58,630 nt of DNA from positions 1-58,630 of the forward strand of contig JBFLGF010000170.1 in the NCBI GenBank assembly GCA_050230475.1. The letters run 5' to 3'. Source of the stretch: Ancylonema sp. (taxonomy: Eukaryota). A program made the translations under genes and the position numbers. This document shows positions 36,950-51,076 of the stretch, in pieces. Each line of letters begins with the position of its first letter. Positions within the stretch are counted from its first letter, which is position 1. Below the pieces are notes generated by a model that had not been told where the DNA came from, did not search any database, and saw nothing but the letters and a program-made list of their open reading frames with translations.

Positions 36950-39900
36950 CTAGAGAAGCGTCTCCGGGCATATCAATTCAATTTCCATCGTTGGATTCGC
37001 TCTTTGCAACGAAAGAAGATGTGAAAAAAACAACGCGTTTTCCGCACCGGGCGCGAGTTTCTCCGCATCGATGATCAATTTCCGCGCCCGCAAACTCATC
37101 TTCAATAGTCCGCCGATCACCTCAAACGTCTTGGAATTCGCGCACGACACCGCCAAACGGATCTCTTCCAAATGCGTCGCTTTCGGTATCGGACCAAATC
37201 GCCCCACCTTCCCTCCTCCGGCTTGCAAACACTGCACAAGAAGGAACAAGAAAGAGGGGGGGGGGGGGGAAGAGACGGTTTTATGTATACACCGTTAAAT
37301 ATAAAAATAAAGAAAGTAATATAAAAGCATAAAGCAATTTAAGGTATCAAAATGACGCGTGAACCATTAATGCTTCATATGTTTTCTCTTCTCTTCTATT
37401 AAATTTAGCTTGAATCGTGGAAGAAGTAAGGACGAAGATATGATGATGTTAGAAGCTTCCGATAAAAGTCTAGTATCATCAGCCGCTCGTATACCACAAT
37501 AAAATAGTGGCCTCTAGACCCTCGTCCCCTTGAACGGGCCCTCCTTCTTTGGCATCCACACCATTTGCCACTACAAATCCATACACTCCACATCGCACAC
37601 TCCTCCCCCACCCCCCATCCCCCCACCCGGATCCCACCTCCCACCTCCCGCCTCTCCCCTCTCACCCGAAAGAAACCCGCCCCGATTTCCAGCCTCCTCA
37701 ACCCCCCCCCGTTGGTCATCAGCGCCTCCAACTTGACCCCCCTCACCTCCGCCATCCCCCCCCCAACCACCAGAGTCTCCAACTGTTCGCCTGTGTGGCG
37801 GACCCACTCCCCAACCGACTCCAGCCTCCAATCCGCCCCCCCCTCCATGCACAGCACCCTCAGATCCGCCAGGGGGGTGTGGAGACGTGGCGTGACGTGG
37901 GAACGAAGGCGGAGCGATGTTAGGGACGACAGCTGGACGCCCACCAGAGTGTCAACCTGGCATATGGGAATTCGGGTTGGAGGGACTTCGTTGTAAGGAA
38001 CTATACAGCCAGGCATTTTTTTTTAAGGGGATACCTGGGTGTGTCATGTACAATTTGATGCAGATAAATGTATAAGAGACATGCGAAATAAGAAGCATTC
38101 GATACGCCAAGTATTTAATTTCCTGGGCGTTTGTCAGTCTATTCTATCGTAGAATTCACCAATGGGGTATTGTACCGCACGTGCAACGATAGAAGGGAAG
38201 GCAATAAGAAATCCTTATTTAAATTAGTATTTTTTTAAAAAAAAGTATGGAATGGGATGGAGCCTGTCCTCACTTCCACCAACATCAGGTCCTGCAGCTC
38301 TGGCATGTCCAAACTCAGCCTCTCCACCGCCCCCCTGCTCCGACTGTCGTCCATGTCATGCGTCACCGCCAGGTGGCGCAAGGAGGGCGAGACAAGTGTC
38401 GGGCAGCGGAGTCCCGAGCACGAGTTGAGGCGCAGGTGGTGGAGGAGGGGGCAGAGGGACAGGAGGGTCTCCAGGGCAGAATCCGAGAGGGAGAGGAGGT
38501 CCAGGGCCAGACAGTGGAGACGCTGAACTCCAATACCAGAGAAGGAGGGGGGGGGAATATGAACGAGGCTGGGGCTGGGGGCTGGGGGCTGGGGGCTGGG
38601 GGTTGGGGGCTGGGGTTAGGGGGTTGAGGGCTGGGGGTAGGGGGTTGGGGGCTGGGGGTTGGGGGTTGGGGCGCTCTGGGATTCGGATTGGGATTGGGAT
38701 TGGGAGTGGTGTTGGGGTTGGGATTGGTGTTGGGGTTGGGGTTGGGATTGGGGTTGGGGGTGGGGTGGGGTACCTGGAAGGGGGTGCAGGCGGGCGGTAC
38801 TGCTGGGAGTAGTCCGTAGCAGAGGTTCAGGTAGCGGAGGCGGCCACAGGCGCTTAGGGACAACAGGCGCTCGCCCTGAGGGAGGGGGAGGGGTGGCTCA
38901 GGTGCTGACAACAGAGACTTGGCTTCTGTGTCCAGGTGTTGTAAGGATCGGGACAAGAGAGGAAGCGGATGTATGGATCTTCGGAGCAGAGGTGTAATGA
39001 AAGCGGATGACAGCGTCGTTAGCGTTTGATGACGTCATCACGGCTTCTCCCTATTTTCTTGTTGTGATACAGTGACTGTATTGTCAATATTTGATCTCCA
39101 CATCGTGAATGCAAAGTGACTACACAAAGACTATTTAGTGAATATATAGTGACTACAGAGAGAGTGTTTAGTGACGACACGTTGACCAGAAGAGGAGGCA
39201 GTTCAAGAAAGCTGGCGCCCAACCACCCAACCATCCAACCCCCTTTGGTCCGTGGAGATGAGTTGGCCCTCATTTCATTCGTCCTTTGTACCTGGGGCGT
39301 GATCCGATTGGGGTCCACCAGGGTGAGCCTCTCCAGCGACGGGCTCACATGTGCGATCCACGTCAGCACAGCCTCGTCCCTGAAATGATCGTCTGCGATC
39401 CAGGGCCACACCACGGGGTGATAGGAGATGGACAGCTGGCGAACGCACAGGGTGCCAGAGAGGAAGCGACTCACGATGGCCTGGGGGGGGGGGGAGGGGG
39501 GGGAGGCAGGGGGAGGGGGGAAGGGGGGAAGGGGGGAAGGGTTAATAGGTCGCGGGGGGGAGGGTGGAGGGTGGAGGGGTGGAGGGTGGAGGGGTGGAGG
39601 GGTGGAGGATGGAGGCAGAGATGGGAGGGGGCGAGAGGAGAGGGGGGGAGGGGGGTGGAGAAATCTCAGGTGAACATAGGAAGGTGATTTGTGACTTGTG
39701 CAGATTATAAAATAATGAAAACAGGTTGGTGGTGGTTTCAATCATTATTATGGATGGGTGTACACGTGTGAATATGTACAAAATACGTGCACATAAAAAT
39801 AGACAGTCTACATACAACGAACAAACATAAATTCTATGTACGTACATACATACACACAAACAGACATATAAATATACATACATATTGAACAACTTGAATG

Positions 39901-40940
39901 TAGATGTAGAATTTGTTTCGTATGTGAATATACATAAACACAATATGTACATACCGTTTGCGAACCAGTACGATATGATTGGATATACAGAATGCAGTCC
40001 CTCTCTTTATGCACCCTTTTAATGTATATATTTGGTGCTTATGTAGAGGGTTTGCCTTTATGAAATGTAGTACATGTAGCATTTTGGTGCCTTTATGGAA
40101 GGTGTGCTTTTCAGAGGTGTGCCTGTAGAGGGAGAGTGGTGTGTAGCCAGGGGCGGCAGTATTGTGTGTAGGGTAGAAATGAGGTACAGTGATACCTGTC
40201 TAGATCATTACTTTTTTCCGGCCTCGGCATTATCAATTTAGACAGGTTCTACTGTAGTAAGCCGTCAGGAAAGGACTGTCATAAGTATTAATGCATCGTG
40301 GTTCAGTATGATGCCCTGCACTGAATCGCGAGACCAATTCGCTGCCAGTAATACCATCCTGGCTTTGTGCTCTGTGCTCTGTGCTCTGGGCTCAGGGCTC
40401 TGGGCTCTGGGCTCTGGGGTTGAAAATCCAGTGAACCCGAAAGTCACATCAATCTTGACTGAAAACAGTGACGGGGGGAGTAAACTGAATGCTAAACCAG
40501 TGGCCATGCTTTGGCGAATTTGATTCCTACACAAGCTCCTTCCTGTCCACGGAATTCAGGGAAAATTTACGGATATGTACGGATATGTAGGGCAAGGAAC
40601 AGTGAAATTCAGGGACACTACCTCTCATGATTTATTTGTTATTCTTTCTCTTCTCACACGTTTTCTTGGAATATATTTTTTCTGTTCTCCCCCAATGTGG
40701 ACACCCTTTCTATGTATTGGTAATCGAAGTTGGCCACCAGAAGAGGCGCACCTCAAGGTCTTGAACTCGCTCTTCCATCGCATGTAGCGAAGGCACAAAC
40801 TCTATCGTGTCTACCCACTTCACCAGAAACTTCCATCTGGCGCACACAATGGCGCATCGCGCCACGTGGCGTGCAGACTTGAGCTTTGACAGGACTAGAC
40901 ACGCGACGGAATCAGGCAAAGAATCGAAGGGAGACACCAT
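36950..40940 (-). CDS. F-box protein with C-terminal LRR-like repeats (~6 exons)
   Basis: Exon 1 40940-40752 MVSPFDSLPDSVACLVLSKLKSARHVARCAIVCARWKFL (F-box). Further exons at ~39480-39292, ~38880-38774, ~38520-38274 (LETLLSLCPLLHHLRLNSCSGL), ~37956-37666 and ~37231-36950 have LxxLxL repeats. Internal boundaries are approximate. Confidence 0.82.
40187..40254. mobile_element. 68-bp minimal TA-flanked MITE (family 2) in F-box intron 1
   Basis: TA|CAGTGATACCTGTCTA ... TAGACAGGTTCTACTG|TA; same TIR type as the elements at 56694-57885. Confidence 0.7.
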
Positions 40941-41555
40941 GACGCAGAACAGGCAGGCGCGCCAGGAGCCTGCGGAACATGCAAGAAACAACTCGAAGGA
41001 GGCTCGAGCCAAGATCATCCGACAAGAGGAAATTGTAGAGCCATGCTAGCGCAACGGGGCTACGGCATAAGAAACCAGGAAAAATACGGAATACACGTGG
41101 ACAAGTAGTATCGGTGACCGACATCAACTCTTTTTCTTTTGACACCAACCTTTTTTAATCCCAAGACATGCCAGGCAACGGAATTTGAAGGCGCGAGAGC
41201 CCAGGCTGGATGTAGTGCCTTAAGTGGATGAGGGGCGAGTTGGCAGAAAAGATGGCTAGGTGTGCGTCATCTCGGAAGTCTCTCCGATTGGTCCGAGTAG
41301 TCGGTGCAAGTGCGTATCGATGGAAAATGATCCACGTGTAGCTCATCGGTGCAACGTGTCCGTACATTCTGGCGTTTTAGTAGCGCCAGAAGTTAGACGT
41401 GACCCGTACAAACGACCGTACACTGAGCTCTGCGCCCTTCGCGCCTTTTGTGCACGTGCGCGTGGTACATCATCCTTTGGTCGAGTCTCCGCAGTCTGCT
41501 ATCCTCGCCTTGAGGCGTGGTAGCAGAAAGTGAAGATAGACTACTTCCGTTCGCC
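40941..41555. promoter_or_regulatory. Putative bidirectional promoter between the F-box gene and RDM4/IWR1
   Basis: Divergent ATGs at 40940 (-) and 41556 (+), ~615 bp apart. Contains CACGTG (G-box-like) motifs at ~41094 and ~41333. Confidence 0.5.
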
Positions 41556-44546
41556 ATGGCTGCGCCTCATCACTCGGGAGCGGCACTATCCCACTCTGTA
41601 CAGCCCCACGCATTCAGCTCTTCCCCCTCGTCTGCGACTCCAGCTCCAACAGGCGTTACCTGTGCTGCCTCGCCCGTCTTTGATGATACTCCCTTACCGT
41701 CAACGGAAGGCCCTGCCGTTCTATCGAAGGAGGACCCGACTGCCGTGTCTGGGAGACTCACCCTTGTACGGGTGAAGAGGAAACGGAGCGATGCTCCCAC
41801 AGATTCGCTGTGGCTGGAGGTGGGCGGAGGGGCCCCTTCAAAGCGGATACACCTGGACGGGCTGAGCCTAGACGACGGGAGGGAGGATGTCGATGCAGGT
41901 GAGAAAGTGGTGAATGTGAGCCGAAATTATTCTCAGTATATCTCCTGCTGAAGGTTCGGAGGGTCAACCGATCAAGCCTTCGTTACGGTTGCCGTTCAAC
42001 CCCTCATTCACATGCCCTACTTGCCGTTGGCGTTGGCGTTTAATTGGCGTTGACTCGTAGATACTGAATCTGGAGAATGCATCCGGATTCATGAATGAGT
42101 ACATTGCTCTTGATCTCATGTTCACCGTTGTCACAGGGCTAAATGCGCTTCATCAGTCACAGAATTCCCTGGAGACTTGTTGGATTTTTACCTGCATAAT
42201 AAATAATTCACCACGATATGTTATTACAAAATTGTGGTCGGTGCCTTGAGTTGAGGATCCACAGAATCAGACCCGTCCATTTCCAATGTCGGTCGTTTTT
42301 ATTGCAGCTGATACGCCACCCCAGCGCATCCACTTCCGCCTCCTGGAAACCTTTCCCGAGGGACAGGATGCCAGCTCACCTGCCAGCTCATCAGCCCTGC
42401 TGGCCGCTGTGGCTCTCCACAAGACCAGGAAGACTCCGAGATTGGACAGCCACGTGGACAGGCGGGAGAGGGAGCGAATGGCGCAGAGGGAACAGGAGCT
42501 GGTACTACACTGAAACCTGTATGAATTAATACTGTGCTGATTAAGACAGGTTTTACCGTTATCCACCCTCGTTACAACTCGTTATAACAACAACAAAAAA
42601 CTTCTGGAAACTATGTTGTTATATTGGGGCTTTGTTACACAAGGTGCAGTTTACTCCAGTGGGGGAGGAAAAAGTCCCCAACTTACCATAGCTCTATGAA
42701 GGGGTACTCGTAGAAATTATTGGTTGTCGTACCAAGGGAGGTGCCAGTTGGGGTGGAGTAAGATTGCGCTACAGGCTTTCTAGGGCCTTTTTTCACAGTT
42801 TTGGGGGTTACCGTACTGGCCACACATAATGACCCTAAAATAATTATGAAAAGGGTGGATCGGGAAAATTAAATAATTTAATTTTCAAAAACATTGGGTC
42901 ATTCTATAATGTGGATCACCGTATAATAAATATTTTTCAGGATTTTGGGAAATTTTCTATTGGGTGCGCGGGTTGGGTCAAGTGGTGGTTTTTTAGCTAA
43001 ATCAATTCGTTTCTAGAAACCCGGGTCATTATGTATGGCGGGGGGGCCGGTCTTAGGGGGGTTGGTGATGAGAAGTGGGGGGAGGTGTTTCCTGGGGCAG
43101 GTCACAATTGAATGCTGAATATATCAAGTTAAAGTGTCAGAAAAAAGTCGTTTGCTGCGTTGAGGAGTCGGGAGCTGAGAATGGTTCAGTTCTCGTATCG
43201 GATACGCTCACGATGAATCGGATACCGTATCGGATTCGTTCTGCAGGCCTCTGCCAGGAATGCGCGGTATCTGCAAGTGCGTAAATCCCGCCAGCCTGGC
43301 GCAGTCCACCAGGTGGGCTCCGCCACGTCAGCAGCCGATGCCGCCACGTCAGAACTCCTCCTGTATGACGTGGTCAGAATGGAGGATGATGCTGAGGTGG
43401 CGGGGAGGAAGAGGAGAGAGCAGGCAAAGAGGTGGGGGGGGGGGGGGGAGGTGTTATCTAGTGTCAGAACCAGGGGGGGGGGAGGTGGTATCTGTTGGTG
43501 CTACATCAATCGGCCGCATCTCCCGTTGTAGTGGTAACGGTCACGGTTACGATTAACGGTTACGGTTATCAATGATGTTACGGTTACTGATGCGGTGGGT
43601 CTTGGGGCAGAGAGGCGGATGCTCGGGAAGGTCAGCTGCTCTGTAATGTCCTCCCCTTGCTGAGGGAGGTGGTACCTGAGGCAGGCAGGGAGGTGGAGGT
43701 GGAAGGGACAGGTGGCGAGCAGTCAGGTCAACAAGGACGACCCCCATTTATGTGTTTGTCTATGTTTTATCAATGTCTGCTCCTGTATAGACATGGTTGT
43801 ATATGTACATGCACCTGCACATATTTTTTCTTTCCCCCCTAGTTACTGAAGGATAGGGATGGAAGGAAAGTGATGAACTCAAAGGTGTGGTTTAACATGT
43901 GCATGCCAGGTGGCGTTTTCTGATTGGGTGCAGGGGACGAGTACGTGTATGACGTGTACTGCGTGGAGGAAGACGTGGAGCATGAGGACCACCCGTTTTT
44001 CGACACCTGTCCAGTGTAAGTACCCTCTCACACACGTGAACCTGCAGGTCATTGGCCGAGGGCACTCAGGGCATATATAGTGGGGAGAGGAGTAGTAGAA
44101 CAAGGTTGGGGAGTCCATGCTGATTCATGTCCGAGGTTTTCGATAGGGTTATTTTTACAATACCTATGTTGCATTACCTTTGAACTCGTGTTTTTTCGGC
44201 GTTTTGATGCAATGCGACAAGAGGTGATTTGCTGATACATCAAATATGATACATTAGAACCAATTCAGCGTTTTGGTTTTGAAAAACTCAACGAAAGTAT
44301 GTTTCTTGCAAAACATAAACTTTTGTATGAGTGGAAAATGTGCTACATCACCTCATGAGTACCCTACACTTGGTTGGAAACGTGTTGGCATCTTTTGTTC
44401 ATATCGCACTTTCGTAGGTCTCTTCGATTTGGGACAGAATGTGTATTGGGCGTACAAGGAGATGACAATTGATTATCATTGATTGATTATTACACTACAA
44501 TTTGTTATATTGATTATTATTAATAATAATATGGTATTACTATTTC

Positions 44547-44610
<64 letters not shown>

Positions 44611-44614
44611 TTTA

Positions 44615-44661
<47 letters not shown>

Positions 44662-44681
44662 ATTATTATTATTATTATTAT

Positions 44682-44718
<37 letters not shown>

Positions 44719-45421
44719 ATTAAATTATATTTTTATTATTATTATTATAATTATGATTTAGGATTATTGTTTGGGGGGAGATGTTTTGGGTGTAGGGTTC
44801 AAATACTGGAGGATGACGATTACGACTATAGAGAGGGGCCGGATTCGGAAGCCGACAGCGAGGACTCAAATGGTGGGGAGGGGGAGGAGATCATTTGTTT
44901 TCCTCATCACTTTCAGTGTTGGGAACAAAAGCAAGGATGATGATGGTTTGATGTTTTTGTTGTTGATGATGATAATGGTGGTGATGATGATGGTAATGAT
45001 GTGATGTTGTTGATGATGATGATGATGATGACGATGATGGTGACAATGATGATGATGATGAGGGTGATGATGATGATGATGATGATGATGATGTTGTTGT
45101 TGTTGATGATGACGATGCTTGTTATCTCTGCAATGATAACGGGGATGGTGATGATCTCTTTCTTGATGTTGTCCAGACGAGAACATTGATAGGAACGACT
45201 ATCCAGATGAAGAGGCCGCGGCGGGGGAGGAGGAGGGGTCGGGGGCGTATTGGAGGAAGGAACCGGGAGGGATGTGGGAGGAGGGGAGCGAAAATGAGAT
45301 CGATCCCTATGGGGCGAATGAGGAGGGCGAGTATGACACCGTGGCTTACGATGAAGAGGAGGAGGAAACGAGGAGACAAGAAAACAAAGATAGCATCGAC
45401 TTGTGGCAACGGAGAAAGTAG
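41556..45421 (+). CDS. RDM4: RNA-directed DNA methylation 4 / IWR1-like RNA polymerase-associated factor (7 exons)
   Basis: Exons 41556-41898, 42308-42501, 43247-43431, 43611-43726, 43934-44015, 44796-44872 and 45177-45421. Motifs LVRVKRKR..P.DSLWLE, ARNARYLQV, LYDVVRME, DEYVYDVY and the Iwr1 hallmark DSEDSNDENIDRNDYPDEE. Confidence 0.88.
42811..43039. mobile_element. MITE family 1 copy in RDM4 intron 2
   Basis: TA|CCGTACTGGCCACACATAATGACCC ... GGGTCATTATGTATGGC (right end eroded). Confidence 0.75.
44545..44715. repeat. (TTA)n microsatellite in RDM4 intron 5
   Basis: Long TTA trinucleotide run. Confidence 0.95.
44935..45115. repeat. (TGA/TGT)n microsatellite in RDM4 intron 6
   Basis: Imperfect GAT trinucleotide run. 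Confidence 0.92.
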
Positions 45422-45440
45422 CAGTGGTGGTAGAAATGGG

Positions 45441-45510
45441 CGGTTGGAATGGACGGTTGGAATGGGCGGTTGGAGTGGACGGTTGGAATGGACGGTTGGA
45501 ATGGACGGTT
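45441..45510. repeat. 13-bp tandem repeat (CGGTTGGAATGGA) x5 just after the RDM4 stop
   Basis: Directly visible tandem array in the 3' UTR region. Confidence 0.9.
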
Positions 45511-46949
45511 GCAACGAGGAGTAAGAATACTTTTGTTGTGAATGCTAGAGTTTGGTCGTCTTCGTGTTTTTATGAGGAAAGATCCGCACCCCCGTGTTGA
45601 CGTTTTTTGGTCAGCTGCATTGTGAAGCAAGAGCGCAAGGCTCATGTTTCCTTGTCCTTTTTGGTGTGTGTATTTTGGATTCACAACCAAAGTTAAGGTT
45701 GAGTCAACCCTGTGTATAGGCATCCCTAAATCAGGAGACTTCTCCACATAGGCATCAATTTTGGTTAACGGACGGGTCCCTGTCATGCTCTATAAGGCAC
45801 TCGCACTCGGCTTTGAAGGTTGTCAAAGGAGTGGTGTATGTATCGTGTAGATTACAAGGATTAGGGTAATTTTTGAAATGTAGAACATCTCTTCTATCCA
45901 AATGAATATATCGACTTGCCCCCCGAGGGGTTGTAAGTGATTCACACCTGAACTCCATGCTGAAAAGACTGTCTGAAAACTCAAGACTTAATCTGATATA
46001 CTCAGAGGACCAACGACCCCATCGACAACCCCATCTTACACAACCCCATCGACTTAAAATCCAGATCCGGCAACGGGTTTTATTTATTTCTAGACCCTAA
46101 ATTTACACAATCATAGCTCCTCGATCAAGTAAAGCGTGTAATATGTGACAACCGCGCATTGAAAAAATTGGCATGCGTCCAGACTCGCGATCCCGGCAGA
46201 AATCCCGGTTATTTAAAGCTTGCGGCCGCTCTTACCCCGTCTGGCATATATTTAGGATAATACCCCACAAGCCCCTAAAAACGAATTACCAGAGCTACTT
46301 AAATCTTCCAAAATCGAGTCTTGAATTAATTTCCTTGCCCCACCCCAGCCACAAATAATTAACTAGTGGGGTATTAAACCTGGCCAGTACGGTACCCAGG
46401 AATCAAGGGCCTGGATATCCTGCATACCCTGCATACCCTGGATACCTTGTACCCTGGATACCCTGGATACCGTGGACTCCTCAATTCTGAACAAAGATAC
46501 AACATGATAACATAAATTACAATCACGATGCATTGTGAAGTAAAAATGCTTTGTGACATTTCCTTTTTCATTCATATTGTACAAAACAAATCTACAAAAA
46601 CCCGTACCTAATCAGTACCACTACCTTACATCTAAACGTCATTAGAGCTGTAACATATCTGACACAGTGATCTGTTGTGATCCTTCAGCACCCTACCCCA
46701 ACAAGTCTACAACGGCAATTGCTCGACAGATTTACAACAAACATTGTCTACCCCCAACTCACCACACATTTATTTACAGTTGATGTATGTGTTCAGTTGT
46801 TGCATGCATGCGTTTCCTAACCACTTCCTTCCTCCAGTATTTGCAACACCCTCTCAAACACTACCTTAAAAAAAAGGCTTGCATCACGACATTCGTGACA
46901 CTTGCACTCCACCACCGTCGTGCCGTCGGTATTCGTGCATCCTACACCG

Positions 46950-47050
46950 ACTGTACGAACATCCTACAGCGACCGTACGGACATCCTACAGCAACTGTAC
47001 GGACATCCTACAGCAACCGTCGGACATCCTACAGCGACCGTACGGACATC
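46950..47050. repeat. ~22-bp tandem repeat (GTACGGACATCCTACAGCGACC)
   Basis: Four to five imperfect units downstream of the C1orf109-like stop codon. Confidence 0.88.
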
Positions 47051-47144
47051 GTAGTCTTGGCGAATAGAAAGGTGGTTCAAGCAAGAGTGTGTTTCGCAGG
47101 ACAAGCGACTGAGGAGGGACGCCTCGCGGCAAAACTTCTTGCTT

Positions 47145-50100
47145 CTACAAATTAATCGCCACTTTCTGAAAGATCTCCGTCACTGCGTCCACAAACACAC
47201 CGACCGAGGAGTTGATGTGACTTTCCTTTTTGAATCATTACGACTTCACTCCAAATCTTGAGTCTCCAAATCTCCCTCTTATAATGTCCGCTGCAGGGAT
47301 GTTGGACATTCTAGAAACTACATCTCTGTCTATCTGCTGTCCTGCCCATTTGAAATGTGCCACCCCGTCCGTACAGGTGTCCCCCCACAAGCACTCACCG
47401 ACATGTGGCGGGATGTTTGGTTCGTCCTTGAGCACTGACTGCACCGCCGCCAAATCTTCCTCACTGCAATTCAACCTCCCTCCAACCCTCCAATCAGCAA
47501 CCCCGAACAACCACCCAACTAGCCACCCAACCACCCAACCAGCCACCCAACCACCCAACCAACCAACCAACCAACCAACCAACCAACCGACAAAGAAAGC
47601 AACGAACAAACCAACAGAACTCCAGCAGCTTCCGAGCAACGCAACTGTTTAATGAAGCAGATAAGTCTGAGTCTGGGTCTGAGTGGAATCATGTAGGGTT
47701 CAGTCAACGTATTTTCGGGAGGCTTGTTTGGAGTCTACCTTGTGTGGTAGCTGATGGCCCCCAGGACAGCCAACTTCAGATTGATCCTGCACGCGGTCAG
47801 GACGCGAGATCACATTCGTAAGAAACAAGTAGCAGTCCCCACTGGCTTACCGTACGCCAAACCCGATTGCTGCTGACTCATGAACCCTACGATATGTTGT
47901 CCATACCTGAGACCCCGATACACATATTCAGGGCTAGCAAAGGTACTTGATACCACCTCTCGTAACAAAATGCGGAACAAAATGGCAAGTAGGAAAATAG
48001 GCAGAAGAGGCAGACTAGGCAGACTAGGAGAACACGCAGAATAGGCAGAAGAGGTAGAATAGCATGAAGAATGGCAAAATCCGGCAGAACCACTCACTCA
48101 TCCCGGTGCATTTCTGCCAAGCTGTTGAGCCCCTGCACGCAGTCCGAGATGCTGGGCTGCACTCCCCACCGTTTGCTCAGCTGAGCTGGCGTGGGGCGCG
48201 GACGGCTCCTCTCCCACGCCCAATGACCTTCTTCCGCCAAACGGGAGAGGACTCCAGACGCCTCCCACATCTCCTGACTGAATGCGGGGATCGGATACAG
48301 AGACAGGGGGTCGTCAGGGCATCTGTGAGAGAGATCCTCGAAGCTCACGTTTTCTGTGGCTTCGGATTGGCTACCCGTTTCGTACCCTACCTCTGCGATG
48401 GGATCCTTGGGTGCTACTGAGTAAGTATCCTGGAAATGGCCTTCTTTTTCGGAGTCAGAACCTTGGATTTGCCTAGTACTCAGCACCTAAACCCTGAACA
48501 TGTATAGGAATTCCTAGGTTGGCATGTGTTAAAGTTGAGGTTGGGGTTTGCACACTCACACTGCAGCGTTCATGGCCTTGAGTACCGACTCCAAGCTCTC
48601 CACCTGCTTTCCGACCAGAGCTCGCTTCAAGGCGTCCCCACACAAGATGTTCACAGTAACACTCGCATCCGTACAGCAGCGATCTTGGGAGAAACAAGCA
48701 CCGTAGTTCCTTTGGTCTTCAATCACCTACGAGGAGGAGAAGCAGGCAAGCAGGGGGGGGGTTGGGTTGAATACAAGGCAGAAACTCTCTCTCGAAATCA
48801 AGGGGGGGGAGCACTGGGTCGTTATCACAGGGTGCCGAGCAGGTATGGCAGACAGTAGAAAGGGCTGCATGAAAAAAGGCAGGTTTTCGAAACAGAACAT
48901 ATGTGATGGCACAAAGCGGGCAGATATACGAGTGGAGGCGGTTCTAGTCTGGAAGAGTCAGACAGGTTCGATATCGAGGTGAGAGACACACAGTGCGATT
49001 GTTGATCAGACACGTGCGAAGTAACCCTCGAATAACCCGTGGACAACCCTCGAACATCACGGATTCCCGGCAACCCAGGATTCCCAGGATTTCCCGAGGG
49101 CTACCACTGCATTGGTAGGTGCTATCTAGTGGAAGTTAACACATTGCCTCGTGCCAAGTATACCTGCTCCTCTGCTTCATAACGTGACTTTCTTTGTGAA
49201 CGAGCCTATTGACGACATGCCATCTCCAAGCGCTTGCTGGAACAAGTTGCTTGAACCATACTTAGTGTCAATCATATCGCGCATCAGCCAGTCAAAAGGG
49301 GTTTACAACGTGACCAGAATCTTCGAAGCTAGGGCCTTCGTATTTAGGGCCTTCGGGGCAGACACGTGCTGGCATCACAAGTTGTTCTCAATTACAAATG
49401 TGCTTCTCTTGTGGGGTATGATGGCCGCGCAGAAGAGGGCGCATTGTCAGAAGTTGGCATACAAGTTGGGTGCTTCGAGATTCTAATATGCTCCTAGAGA
49501 TTGGGACGTCGCAATTGCGCCGTCGTCGATGAAAGGCAACTATCACTCCGTCTCAAATGAGATCGTTTGTGCATCTGAACAATATATGTGATGCGTGAAT
49601 TTAAAAACATTAATCACGGACTCTAAGAAACAGATTGCGAAACAGTAACTGTGTGAAGTGGGCCCCAGACATAATGCGGGATGTGACTCTTGCAGTTATA
49701 GTTCTTCCCGTACCGGTCAAGCCTGACTTGGAGAATCACGAACAACCAGGGAAACAGCCATCACATTTCGGAGCCCACTCAGCATTGCAAACCTACAAGT
49801 CCTAAAAGACATACCTCGATAACCAGGTCGTAAGATACTTAGGGATTCAGTATAGATTCTCCATGTTTATCGCCATATTTACGTAGACATGGGTCGCCAG
49901 CCAGCCAGCCCAGCCAGCCAGCCCTGTACATGCCTATGTAGGGCACAGCGCGCAGTTCTTGTTTTCACAATACAGCTCGAAATTATAATTTGGAGCGGAC
50001 TTTATAAGCTAGCTGATGTACTGAGAGAGCGCTGCTCCATAATTTAGCGTTAACAAGCGCAAGAGACCAGAGTCTCTAGTTCTTAGTCTTACCGGTAAGC

Positions 50101-50224
50101 GCGCGATAATGGCTGACGCGGAAGTGAATGCAGAAAGAAGGCGAGCGCGGGCTTCGGACCACTTATCTACTTGGACTTGTGCACGGGAGTATAGCTGAGT
50201 GTAACGTTTCATCAGACTCTCCAT
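47145..50224 (-). CDS. At5g43822 / C1orf109 (AIRIM)-like protein (6 exons, ~210 aa)
   Basis: Exons 50224-50093 (MESLMKRYTQLY...SAIIARLP), 48726-48560 (VIEDQRNYG...KQVESLESVLKAM), 48277-48098 (...RWGVQPSISDCVQGLNSLAEMHRDE), ~47787-47739, ~47464-47398 (DLAAVQSVLKDEPNIP) and ~47183-47145 (VTEIFQKVAINL*). The motif order matches the plant At5g43822 family as recalled. Confidence 0.75.
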
Positions 50225-51076
50225 TGCAAATCGCAGCAACTGAACGACGCCCACAACACTAATGTTCAACGAATTGACGTATTATTAGAGTGAGGTGCTA
50301 TTCACAGTCAACGTCTCGTCTGATATCTGTCCGGCATTTGTATTGTCATGAAAAGTATCTTCGCCCCTCTTCTGTGTGGGGGCTTGCGGAGAGAAGTCTC
50401 TAGAGCTTCGTCTCGTCTTTGCGACGTTTTTTCACGACTCTTCTACCACGTGTGAACTTTTGGACTTCCTGCACACGTGGAAAGTCGTTTTCTTCAGCGC
50501 CGCCCAATCGTGTGGCGGATTTTTTTTGAGGTACACCGTCTGGAAGACATACGCCAGCAGGGATTAGCAGGCACAGGGAGCAGGCGCACTATCCTCCAGC
50601 TCCCGGGTGCTGGATTTTCGGGCAGGCGGATCACCTGTCCATACTAGAGGGAATGTTTCGTGTATTCCATTCCTGCTAGGTGCAGTCAGCCGTTGCAGTA
50701 TGCGCTGCAGAATGTATGCGTATTTTTTTAGCCGTGTGTTTAAGAGCATTCTTTGGTGGTATTGTTGTTCACCGTTGTCTACTAAGAAGATCCTGAATGT
50801 CTACACTGAATGCTGCGGTATATGCCAGGCGAGCAGGTTGGCGTTGGTAGGTAGCTTCATCCCGCTCTGGTTTCCAAGCTGCAAAATTAGAACACACTGC
50901 GTTTCGCACATACCGCAGCACAACTCAATGATATTTGCACGTTAAAAAAATCATTTCCTAGGACATTCGGACATACTGCAACATCGAGCATGACGAGTCC
51001 AAGACAGTTGAGTTTTGTGATTCTGGTATATTCTGGTATATTGTGATTCTGAATCGTATATTCTGAATCATATGCA

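Noticed and set aside
44483..45189. Poly-Leu, poly-Met and poly-His ORFs
   Set aside because: Artefacts of (TTA)n and (TGA)n repeats in RDM4 introns.
47238..47400. Alternative C-terminal exon (QQIDRDVV...GVKS*) for the C1orf109-like gene
   Set aside because: The exon at ~47183-47145 is phase-compatible and better matches the family C-terminus as recalled.
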